DNA of 63,964 bases, the filler included, from Dimargaris cristalligena (Eukaryota), in NCBI GenBank assembly GCA_003614675.1. It is 4 parts of 4 records of this genome, joined end to end, with 100 filler letters (N's around TTAATTAATTAA, not from the genome) between each part and the next. Parts side by side here need not be neighbours in the genome. Positions count along the whole stretch, not along the records: positions 33,365 to 49,906 come from ML002842.1; 3 more parts are not named here. One strand, given 5' to 3'. The stretch's first letter is position 1. Each line of letters starts with the position of its first letter. Made by a program: the position numbers and the translations under genes. Below are positions 36,259 to 46,311 of this stretch, piece by piece. The notes below the pieces were generated by a model, which searched no databases, had not been told where the DNA came from, and worked only from the letters and a program-made list of their open reading frames with translations.

Positions 36259-37764
36259 TTATTGACCACCACCAAGTCGCGCTAATAATTGACTTAAAGC
36301 GTCCCGGGCCTCTTCTTCATCTGCATCCTCGTCATCGTCGTCGTCGCCATCATCGTCGCTATTATTATTATTATTATCACCATCGTCATCTGCCCCAAAC
36401 ATGGCATAATCTTCATCCTGTTTAACCCGGGTATTTCGAGCCGAAGGGTCCTCACCATCACCATATTCATCGCCATTGCCGTCACTATCGACGGGGTCCG
36501 CCGAATCCAACTCGGCCTCGTCGTCCGTATCACTTTGAAACAGGTCGTCTTGGTCGGACTCCATTTCTTTTAGTTGATTAACAATATGGGCGAATATACT
36601 CTCCTTCATCGCACCCATCGACTGTTCCACCGCCAGGGTCCTCTTCCGTTCATGATCTAGATCCGCTGGCCAGTCACTATTATCCGTCGGTGGAGGAAGG
36701 TCGTTGTCGTCGACCACTCCCCCCGCCCTAGGTGAGTTGGCGACGGTGGCCGAGTGGGCCTGGAGAATAGCGGTGGCCCCGGCGGAGTTGTGGGATTGGA
36801 GCATCATGCGGAGAAGCGATTCTTCAATGGCTAACGTGGAAAGTCGGCTGATGATGGCCTGGGTCATCCGGTCTAGGACGAGGGCTTCCTGGTGCAGTTC
36901 TTCTTGGATATCGAGGGCCAGGTTCTGGTTCCATTGGGTCATGTTCGTTATGGGCCGGGACAGGGCGAGCTTACGGGCATGGTTCGCCTCCGACAAGGTT
37001 GTTGAGGGGGAAGAGGCCAGGTGAAAGGCGGGGGTAGATGGTGGGGGCAGCGTAGGGGTTGGGATGTACGGTAGAAAGGTGGGGGTGGGGGTAGCAGCAG
37101 TGGTAGGGGTCGGGTGGGGAGTGGGGGACGACCGAGAAGATGTGGTGGCGGGGCGGGGTTGGGTCGATCGACTGGGTAACATCAGAGATGAGCTAGGGTG
37201 GTTATTTTTGGTAACCTTGGGCATTATGGGTTCAATTCCGGCCGAAGGTGGGGGGGATGGCGATGGTTCTGCTTCTGGACTGCTACCGAACAGTTGGGAC
37301 TCCCATAGCTTATCAGTATCGTCATCATCATCATTACCAGCATCGTTGTCGTTGCCATCGGGCCTGTGAAATGGTTCCTCCGTAGCTATAGGGGCCGGTG
37401 CTACGGAGTTAACCAAGTCACCTATAGCCTGAGGAGAAAACTGACCTAGACCAGTTCCGAGGATATCAATATCCATGTGTTGCGAGGGTTCTCGGGTGGA
37501 AAGTACGGGCGTTGATGTGTATGAGGACAGCTGGGAGGAGGGCAGGAGGGGTGACGAGACGGATTCGACGATGAGGCCCGTTTGGTTGAGGCCAATGTAA
37601 ACCGTGGGGATCGTGTAGTCTTTGGAGTCGGGAAAGGGCCAGGAGGAGTCTTCGTCGTCTTCGTATTCATCGGATTCGTTATTCAAGTCTAAGTTAGGGG
37701 TGTCGGGTTGGTCTGAAGGGGACGAGGTCCCCTCGGGTTCGTCGCCGGTGCGCTTGGAGGACAT
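36259..37764 (-). CDS. Acidic/Pro-rich low-complexity protein (~501 aa) with a central SNAPC5-like helix
   Basis: Long intronless ORF (first ATG at 37764, MSSKRTG); mostly disordered, with a single helical segment EELHQEALVLDRMTQAIISRLSTLAIEESLLRMML. Confidence 0.75.
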   Translation of the reverse strand: MSSKRTGDEPEGTSSPSDQPDTPNLDLNNESDEYEDDEDSSWPFPDSKDYTIPTVYIGLNQTGLIVESVSSPLLPSSQLSSYTSTPVLSTREPSQHMDIDILGTGLGQFSPQAIGDLVNSVAPAPIATEEPFHRPDGNDNDAGNDDDDDTDKLWESQLFGSSPEAEPSPSPPPSAGIEPIMPKVTKNNHPSSSLMLPSRSTQPRPATTSSRSSPTPHPTPTTAATPTPTFLPYIPTPTLPPPSTPAFHLASSPSTTLSEANHARKLALSRPITNMTQWNQNLALDIQEELHQEALVLDRMTQAIISRLSTLAIEESLLRMMLQSHNSAGATAILQAHSATVANSPRAGGVVDDNDLPPPTDNSDWPADLDHERKRTLAVEQSMGAMKESIFAHIVNQLKEMESDQDDLFQSDTDDEAELDSADPVDSDGNGDEYGDGEDPSARNTRVKQDEDYAMFGADDDGDNNNNNSDDDGDDDDDEDADEEEARDALSQLLARLGGGQ

Positions 37765-38443
37765 GACAGACGCTTGTAGTAGAAAGTAAATGAGGGCGGT
37801 CAACTAGCGATGCAAAAAACGGGGGCGTCTTAGTCTATCGGAAAATAATATAAATGGGATTTCGATCACTGGGCGTCAACACACGATCGAGCATGCAGTG
37901 GCTGAACCTGGGAGTGGTCGTTTGAATTACAAGGGCAATGCGTGAATTGGAGCCGGAGTGTTAATCCACATTGGGTCCTCTAGAAAATAGATAGTCTACA
38001 ACTTATAACAAAGACGTGGCCGGGATTCCCTTAAGGGTATATTCCCTCATTCTATATATGTTTATATAAATGTTTTAAAAAAAATAAAAATGCAAAGGCA
38101 GCTGGAGTCACTTTGCCTGTCTTACATTAAGCAACGAGACGCTAAGCCCTCGGGACTGGTTTACTAACAGCACCCAAACTCAAGCAGGTCTAGGGTTTAA
38201 AAGGTGCCCAATGACAGGGCTACATGGGGGCGAATTCGGTTGGAGAAATCCAAATCCCTTTCACATTAAAGTCCTCAGCTATTGAGTCTAGCCCCATTTA
38301 CCGCCCTGCTCATTAAGGTTTGTTCTAACTAGTTACACTTCCATTGCATTGGATTGGGATCTACTAAACCACCTTCATTCCCTCGTTCTTAGTCCCTTTC
38401 TATCATATTCCTTATTTCTCGCTTTTCTGGCCTCCCCGACACC

Positions 38444-39157
38444 ATGCTATTCGCAGCTGCGCTTAAAACTCCCCCTCGTCTTACACCCACCTGGGCCCGC
38501 TGGGGTCCCTGGGCACGGTTTAACCACACCCAGCGAACCTTGGCCGACCCCAAATACCCTCACCTTTTCTGGTACCTCCAACCCCAAGTACGGCCTACTT
38601 CGCCGGACCTGGCCGATGACCGTCCCTTATGGGCCGCTTTGAGTTTCCTCGGTCCCTCGGACATTGCACCGACCGCCGACCAACCCGGAACCGTAGCCAC
38701 CATTGGTTGGGTGGTGGCCGACGACCATACCTCTTCTGATTCCACTTCGGCTGCTGGCCATGCTTCGGGGCCACCCTCCCCTGCGACTCTACCTAGCCTT
38801 CGGCCGGCCAATTTCATCGGCAATCCCCAGTTCGAAAATTGGCTACACGAAACCCTTCGTAAAGGCGTGCACGTTGCTGATCCCTTTCTAAGCTCGCAGG
38901 CCCGGTCGGTGGTTAAAAGCGGGTGGATGCATCTGGAGGACCAGCGAAACCCACCCCCCTACGGCCGGATTCCGCGGCCCGAGGACATAATCGGGAGTGT
39001 GCAGGTGGAGCAGGGTAGTATTGTACCGGAGAGCTACGAGCGGATGCCCACGCATCGGACGGTATCTCTCAAGGGCCTGTTCCAACTTAGTGCCGAGCTG
39101 CAGGATTATATTATCGAGCAGCTTAAGCGAGCAGAGAACTCGGTTGGATCTGCCTAG
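38444..39157 (+). CDS. Conserved uncharacterised fungal protein, probably mitochondrial, 237 aa
   Basis: Arg-rich, acid-free N-terminus; C-terminal block GWMHLEDQRNPPPYGRIPRPEDIIGSVQV...SYERMPTHR..GLFQL recalled from a conserved fungal family of unknown function. Confidence 0.75.
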   Translation: MLFAAALKTPPRLTPTWARWGPWARFNHTQRTLADPKYPHLFWYLQPQVRPTSPDLADDRPLWAALSFLGPSDIAPTADQPGTVATIGWVVADDHTSSDSTSAAGHASGPPSPATLPSLRPANFIGNPQFENWLHETLRKGVHVADPFLSSQARSVVKSGWMHLEDQRNPPPYGRIPRPEDIIGSVQVEQGSIVPESYERMPTHRTVSLKGLFQLSAELQDYIIEQLKRAENSVGSA

Positions 39158-39737
39158 GGCGGTATGCTGCTGAGCCATGTTCTTATAGACAATTATGCCT
39201 TGTCATATGCAGCTGTAATAAATATACCACCCGATAAAATGTTGAGCCGCATAGGAAATATAGTTGGTGTTGTGAATGGGTGGTTTGTGTATAGGAAGGA
39301 ATAGCACATATAAAGTATAGGAGAGAGTGGATGATGCGATAACAAATCACGTGATAGTACTGGCGGAAAGAGTGGGCGAGAGGGACTGCCCCACCAAAAC
39401 ATATCGGAGGGGTTGGTTCGGTGATATCCACAAATGAAACCTCCTCTCCCAGTCTCCCCCATTCGCACTCACGGGCGAATCTCCCTAATCCCCCGCCGGC
39501 TCTTCCGGACTGCCCCGCACCCCAAGCACCACCACCACCACTACTTTTACCTACTACCACACAAACCCTGCGAGATCAGTCCACAACCCACCCATTCCAC
39601 CATTCATGCTCGCTTGAGATCCTGCGTTTCTCTCTTCTGCCTTCCCTTTGGTTATTTAACTACTCCTCTCTCTAATTTCCCGTATCAATCCTACCAATCA
39701 CACCACCACTTGCTCCTTTTTTTACTTATCCAGCACC

Positions 39738-39959
39738 ATGTCCGCCTTCGTCACTCGCTCTATCATCTCCCGCGGTGCCTTCGCCAGACGCCAGCTCCTC
39801 CGTAGTGACCACCACCACTGGAACAACGAGAACAACGCCCACATCCCCTTCAATGTCAACAACAAGACCACCCTGGCCATCAAAATGATGGCCTTCACCG
39901 CCACTGGCTTCGGCATCCCCTTCTTCCTGACCTGGTGGACTCTGCGCGGTACTGAGTAA
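39738..39959 (+). CDS. COX8: Cytochrome c oxidase subunit VIIc (yeast Cox8), 73 aa
   Basis: Presequence MSAFVTRSIISRGAFARRQLLR, then HIPFNVNNK and TM F.ATGFGIPF; CACCATG context; strong codon bias. Confidence 0.88.
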   Translation: MSAFVTRSIISRGAFARRQLLRSDHHHWNNENNAHIPFNVNNKTTLAIKMMAFTATGFGIPFFLTWWTLRGTE

Positions 39960-40178
39960 GCGTGTGTTTACTCGCACTCGCACTCACTCCCACTTCCGTT
40001 TGTTTATTCAGGTCGCGAGATTCGGCTGACTGCCGTTGTCGGTATTGCGCTCTATTATAATCGGCCCAATGGGCTTTTATGGTAAGCAGTCTTGTTAAGG
40101 TTATACACTTCCTAGTATTATGGCCAACCGACTGGGCAGGCCACATACACGGACCAACCCCCTCCTCCATAATATATA

Positions 40179-40323
40179 CATATGGGTGAAGTGCAGCTCG
40201 GTTGTATAAGGTTTTAACTGTTATGCGTATGGGAAAATCGGTGGGATGTCTATTTTCAGCTAGTAGTATTTGCCTCATCAAATGGATTTTTCGTTATACA
40301 GCCTGGTTGAACTACTCCCATAT
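40179..40323 (+). mobile_element. MITE-like element, full-length (~145 bp)
   Basis: Imperfect TIRs atatgggtgaagt / actactcccatat; close match to the reverse complement of 63656-63800. Confidence 0.8.
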
Positions 40324-41298
40324 AAACATATCCCCAGCATAGTCCCATCTAATCTAATCCCCAATCCACTCCCTATGATATATTTTGGCTGCATCGACTA
40401 TCCTAATTAGACTGTAGTGCATTGTCCTGATAAACGGCGTGGCCTGTACCGATGGCTCCTTGGGAGCATCATAACGCCCTGTTTATTGTGTTTTTAGATT
40501 TGACCCCCGCCTGCTCACTTTCTTTATATTTGGACGTGTCCTCGAACTTGAACCTTTCTCGAAGGGCATTTCGATACAATCACATTTATTTGCTTAAAAT
40601 AAATTCTACCTCCTATGCCTTGCGAAGGGTTCCGGAGTTGGTATTAAGTTATTATTCGTGCCCTTATCATATAGAGGGCTGGTGGGGCACTGTTCATTAC
40701 TACTGATGTCCACAACAGAGGCATGTTACAGACTGCTCCCGTGAATTTTAGAACCCGGCCCTTGCTACCCCGTTACTTCAGGAGCAGATGTGGCATTGGA
40801 AGTTATTTATGACGAGGCAACTTAAACTTATTTACCTAATGATGCCAAAATAGAGAGTATCCTAGTAGGAGTCAAAAATACTTCTGTTTAGTTCAAAGTG
40901 TGCTTGGTGGGCTGGCTGGTGCTGTATGGCGACAACAAGGCTTAGCAGGTCAATTGATACGGGTCAGGTGATCTGTTGTAATAGGAGGTTTAGTCTCTTT
41001 TTTTGGGATTGTATGTGATATTATACAAGTAGCTGAACCACATGGATAATAAGGAAAAGGATAGGGTTCTCGTTCAATTTAGACCAGGCAAGATAATTTC
41101 CCAATAGGGAGAATTGTAATCCCTTTGAATTATGCACCTTTCTCGTCCTCCTCTACTATAACAACCCTCCCCTAAAATAATAATATAAGAATACTCGAAA
41201 TACACTCCCCCACCCCAACCTTGTGCTCATGTGCTCAATTGGCTGACCGAACTTTCTTTCTCTCTCTCTTTCCTTTTCATTCCACACGCTGCACCTCC

Positions 41299-43257
41299 AT
41301 GCGGGGTATTTCTTCTCGAGTATTCCGGCATATTAAATCGTTCGCATTGGCAAATTACTACCCGCCCCGTCTCCATTTCCCGCGTCAGCCCTATCGCTCG
41401 TCTTATTCTACCGTCCACCCCATGTCCGAGCTACCACCACCCGTCGTGCCCTCAGCGAACCCCCGGGATTACGAAAACTGGACCCCGGCCCAGTTGATTG
41501 CGCGGATAAAGGACCTGGAAAACAAGTCTACGGCTGCCATTCGTCCAACTGCGGGTGTGGGGGCTTCTCCCCAGGCCCCTGAACCCACTGCCTCGACCCC
41601 TACCCCGGCCCAAACTATCCCCACCACTGCCACTGCCGCTGCTGTCACCAGCACCAGCACCCCAACCCGCCTTCCTTTGGCCCCCTATAACCAACCGAAA
41701 CCCCGTCGCAAGCAACGCGACTTCGACTGGTCCAAGTATGCCAAGCGTCGCATCGCCCTCAAAGTCGCCTATTTCGGCTGGGATTATTTCGGTTTTGCCA
41801 CCCAAGGGGATAACGACCAACTACAAACGGTAGAGGCCAAGTTGTTCCAATCGCTCCAGAAATGCCGCCTAATCGAAAACCCCAGTCAGTGCCGGTACAC
41901 CCGGTGCGGGCGGACCGATCGGGGGGTGAGTGGATTGGGCCAAGTGGTGGCCCTGGATATCCGGTCCTGTTTACCCGCTGATCAGGTCGAGTCCGTGCTG
42001 GGGGGGATTCGACCCGGTACCGAGGAACCCGCCGAGGGATCTAATCCCGCCGGTCGAGCTGACTTACCCGGTGACCAGTCGAATTTGGCCCAAGTCTCCC
42101 GGTCCGCCCCGGCCTACTTGGACCAGGTCTGGCGGCCCGCTACCGAATTAGGCATTTCGGCGATACCCTCCCCCTCCTGCTCGGAGGATGCTGCTGGACC
42201 TGATGGTCCTACCCCTAGTTCGGAGAGTGACGAAACGGTCGCATTGAACGCCCGGGAACTGCCCTATATCCGTATGCTGAATCGCGATCTACCCGCGGAT
42301 ATCCGCGTCGTTGCGTGGGCCCCTGTCCCCTTGGACTTCAACGCCCGGTTCGACTGTATCTGGCGCCACTACAAGTACTACTTTTCCGATGACGGCTACC
42401 CACCCCTCCAAGTAGACCGCATGCGCGAAGCGGCCTGTAAATTCCTAGGGCCCCACGATTTCCGCTACTTTTGTAAAATCGACCCGGCCAAAGAAATTAC
42501 CAATTTCGAGCGCACCGTATTGGAAATTGACATCACCCCCGTTGAAGATCCCGCCGGGGGGTTGCCCCACCGGGACTTGAATCACCTGAACCGACTGCCC
42601 CGGTTCTACCAATTAGACCTGCGCGGCTCGGCGTTCCTCTGGCATCAGGTGCGCTGTATGGTGGGTATTCTCCTCCTGGTGGGCCAGGGCCTGGAAGCGC
42701 CGTCAGTAGTGGATCAACTTCTGACCGTCGACCCTAATCAGGGGAAACCGGCGTACCCCATGGCCAGTGAAATGCCCCTGATTCTGTACGATAGTTACTA
42801 CCAGCCGCGCTTAACGTGGCGCTACGACAGCGAACGGTCCTTCCAACCCCTGCGACTTACCCACCAGCGGTTGACCGAAATGTGGACCGAGCACAGCATT
42901 AAGGCCCTGACCGCCCGGGCTGGTCTCGAACAGTTGAACCGTCTACCCGTTCCCCAGCCCCAATCTAACCTCCGGTTCGGTGATGCCTCGACCCAACAAC
43001 TGGCCAGCCTAGGTGTCCATTTGGTCACGCTGGTCAGTTCGGGGGGTGGACAGCTGGTGCCTAACCGCAAATACGTGCCCCTTTTGGAACGGGCGCGCCA
43101 GAGTAGTGTAGATGTCACTAACGAGCGTTACCAAGCTAAGAAACGGCGCAAGCTAATGCAGGAGGAGGCGGAGGAATCCACTGCGGCGCCGTCGGAGGGT
43201 ATGGCCACCAAGTGTTCCTTGATCCCCAATGAAAACGAGCAAGAAATGGTCGGTTGA
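41299..43257 (+). CDS. PUS3: tRNA pseudouridine(38/39) synthase, TruA family (Pus3/Deg1)
   Basis: FDWSKYAKRRIALKVAYFGWDY.G, catalytic RCGRTDRGVS, ELPY..MLN..LP.DIR, FNARFDC..RHYKY, GPHDFR.FCKID and GSAFLWHQVRCMV. In-frame ATGs at 41299 and 41422. Confidence 0.95.
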   Translation: MRGISSRVFRHIKSFALANYYPPRLHFPRQPYRSSYSTVHPMSELPPPVVPSANPRDYENWTPAQLIARIKDLENKSTAAIRPTAGVGASPQAPEPTASTPTPAQTIPTTATAAAVTSTSTPTRLPLAPYNQPKPRRKQRDFDWSKYAKRRIALKVAYFGWDYFGFATQGDNDQLQTVEAKLFQSLQKCRLIENPSQCRYTRCGRTDRGVSGLGQVVALDIRSCLPADQVESVLGGIRPGTEEPAEGSNPAGRADLPGDQSNLAQVSRSAPAYLDQVWRPATELGISAIPSPSCSEDAAGPDGPTPSSESDETVALNARELPYIRMLNRDLPADIRVVAWAPVPLDFNARFDCIWRHYKYYFSDDGYPPLQVDRMREAACKFLGPHDFRYFCKIDPAKEITNFERTVLEIDITPVEDPAGGLPHRDLNHLNRLPRFYQLDLRGSAFLWHQVRCMVGILLLVGQGLEAPSVVDQLLTVDPNQGKPAYPMASEMPLILYDSYYQPRLTWRYDSERSFQPLRLTHQRLTEMWTEHSIKALTARAGLEQLNRLPVPQPQSNLRFGDASTQQLASLGVHLVTLVSSGGGQLVPNRKYVPLLERARQSSVDVTNERYQAKKRRKLMQEEAEESTAAPSEGMATKCSLIPNENEQEMVG

Positions 43258-43838
43258 ACGCATATTAGAGAAGGAAATAAAGGCCAATGGCGAGGAGCTG
43301 TATATCCACAAACAGTTCCTACCTTCAACTGCATCTTACCGTTAAATCGGTTCAGATATGGACTTGGTGAGTTTGGGTCCCCATGTAAATAATTGAACCC
43401 TCCACTGGACCAGATTTGGTTGCGATGTCTATATTCTAGTAAAGATTGGTGATGGCCAGAGTAGTATATGTTATAACTAGCTGACATGTATCCCACCTGA
43501 CCATCCCTATTTACAAACCCAAAATTGGCATGATCGCCTCATAAAATCGTCTTTCATTGATCCTACTTCCTAATCGATAATCATAAAGATAATCTCACAC
43601 GGACTTTGTTTTTCTAAGTACTTATATATACGGCTCTATTATTTTTAAGCCTAAATAAAGAAACCGTTATAAAAGATCCCGATAGTTAAGGGTGGCGGTA
43701 ATTCTCGCGCGTGGCACGATTGTTAGACTGAATAGAGCAGCAAATATTAAATTAAAAACAACGGGGAAAGGAGAAGCATCCAAAACGGGTTTGGCTAGTT
43801 TTACCCCTTAGATGGCGCATAATTAAAAAGCCCGAGAT

Positions 43839-45490
43839 TTACACCTGAAGCTGGACGGCCTGCTTCTGGCTGATGGCCTCCGTATAGGGCGCCAGGGCGG
43901 GCTGGACTTCGTTTTCGATGAAGCGCACCACCTGGGTGGGGGCGGCCCCGATGAACGTGGAGGGGTTGAGCAGAGCGGGCAGGTCCTCGATGATGGGGGC
44001 AAAGTAGGGTTCCTCACGAATACGGGAGATGAGGTCATTTTCCCCGCCTTCGACCTTGACGTGGTAACCACTCTGGTGACTCAAGACACGGATGTGTTCG
44101 TGGCAGACCTGACGATCCCCACCCTTCTTCACCATGGCCATGATGATATTTTCGGTGGCCATGAAGGGCAGTTCTTGCTGGATCCGGCGTTCAATCACCT
44201 TGGGATAGACCACCAGGCCGTCGGAGACGTTCTGGAGCACGGACAGGACAATGTCGGTGGTCAAAAAGGCCTCGGGGAGGGAAATACGGCGATTGGCACT
44301 GTCGTCGAGGGTACGTTCCAACCACTGCACGCTGTTGGTGTTGAGGGCGTCGCTGGCTAGGGCCATGATGTGGCGGGCCAGGGAGCAGATGCGCTCGCAG
44401 CGCATGGGGTTACGCTTGTAGGCCATGGCTGAACTGCCGATTTGGTTCTTTTCGAAAGGCTCTTCGATTTCCTTGAGGTTGGCCAACAAACGAATGTCGG
44501 TGGCGATCTTGTGGGCGGTCGAACCGAACGACGCCATGGCGTTGAGGATATCGGCATCGACCTTGCGGAGGTAGGTTTGGCCGGTCACGGCGTAGGGCTT
44601 GGCAAAACCGGAGAGTTTGGTCACCAGCTGGTCCAACGCTTCGACCTTGTCCACCTGGTTGTCGAACAGGGCCATGAAGGAAGCCTGGGTGCCGGTGGTA
44701 CCCTTGGCACCGCGAAACAGGAGATCGTTGCGAACACGCTCCAAATTGCGCAGGTCCCAGAGCAGTTCCTGGATCCAGAGGGTGGCGCGCTTGCCGACGG
44801 TGGTGAGCTGGGCGGGCTGGAAATGGGTGAAGCCCAGGGTAGGCAAGTCCTTGTGGGCCACGGCGAAGTTGGTGAGGGAGTCGATGGCCCGCACCAATTT
44901 GCTGATGAGAATATCTAAGCCGTCGCGGAGAATGATGAGATCGGCGTTATCCGTCACGAAGCAGGACGTGGCACCCAGGTGGATGATGGGGGCGGCCTTG
45001 GGGCAAACCACACCGAAGGCGTGGACATGGGCCATGACGTCGTGCCGGCGGCGACGCTCTTCTTCGGCCACCAGATCGTAATCGATGTTGGTCTGATGGG
45101 TGAAAGAAAGTTGGGGTGTGATGGGAGGATCAATGAATTAGTTTAGTTAAAGAAGGAATAGTGCTAGGCAAAGGAAGGTCACATCAACCAAAAAGGGGCG
45201 AATGGCTGCGGATTAACGTCATTAACGGGAATAACCGGGGCGTAATAGACAGAGAGAGAGAGACCCGGAAATTGGCGGGAGGGGGGCAGTCTACTTACCA
45301 GATTCTGCCGCATTTCCTCGAGCATGTCGTCGGTGATGTCGGTCAGTCCGAGCTGTTGTTCAGCAGTGGCCAGGTTGAGCCACAACTTGCGCCAGGTCGA
45401 GAAGCGCTTGTCGTTGGAGAAATTGAAGGACATTTCCTCGGACGCATAACGCGACGTGAGGGGGCTCTGGTATTTGGCATTGGCGCTCAT
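43839..45490 (-). CDS. ADE13: Adenylosuccinate lyase, 481 aa; exons 45490-45299, 45092-43839
   Basis: [52 protein letters not shown] and the fumarate-lyase signature [15 protein letters not shown]; phase-0 GTAAGT...CATCAG intron. Confidence 0.97.
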
Positions 45491-46311
45491 GGTGGATAAG
45501 ACGAGGGGATAGAGTTCGGGTTGAGGTGACGGGTAATCGAGGCAGTCGGGAAGGAAAGAATAAAGGAATAAGTGACACTGGAACAAGAAGACAGAGAGGA
45601 GCCAGCAAAGACTTTAGAGTAGTAGTAGTCGCCTGTGCTAAACGTAGGGTTTCACCCGTGTGCGGAGGGTTCTAGTAGTAGCCAGGGTTAAAAAAAGGAG
45701 TAGGCTACCCTTTCTTTTCTTACTGTATTACTACCCCAACTCCAGTCAGTAAAATTCTCTGCTGAACCAATTAAATGCCTTTCGTATATATATACGGTAT
45801 GCTTAAGCCGAGACGGTAAATGCGGATATATATATAGAGAGAAAGATGTATTGGTGCATAACTATAGCCATAATCAACCACTCTCCCCAGCATTAACCAA
45901 CCCTCAATGCGTGGGGAAAAATGGGATTGTTTTTTTTAATTGCCCAAGACTAAAATAGGATCACGTTAGTCCATTAATATGAGGCCTCTTCCAAATTCCC
46001 GAAATGGCCGCATACAGACTCCATGCACGCTATCTAAAAGCCTCTGGCCCTTAGCTATTCGCCATGTCTCTCGTTTTGGCTATCCGCAATTCCTCTGCAA
46101 CGCGCATTCGGGAACAGCGTCCTGCAAAAAGTATCTTCACCTTGAATTCTTTGGACTTTATTGCTGCATCTCTCTCATTCTTAATTCTCACACCTAAATA
46201 TATACTTTGTTCTTTGGCCGCCTTTCCATCTACCATACCTCTATTTCCCTACACTATTCATTTTAAAATCCCCAGTAACCCCACCCATCCTGCACCACCG
46301 AAGTTACGCGT

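Noticed and set aside
38190-38200. TAGGGTTT telo-box-like motifs near several promoters (also ~45645)
   Set aside because: Short motif also found in non-promoter positions (~22305, ~58287); enrichment cannot be shown by eye.
41221-41298. TTG-initiated extensions in the ORF track (also 26021, 12112, 37803, 51097)
   Set aside because: Bacterial-style alternative starts; replaced by ATG starts or splice acceptors.
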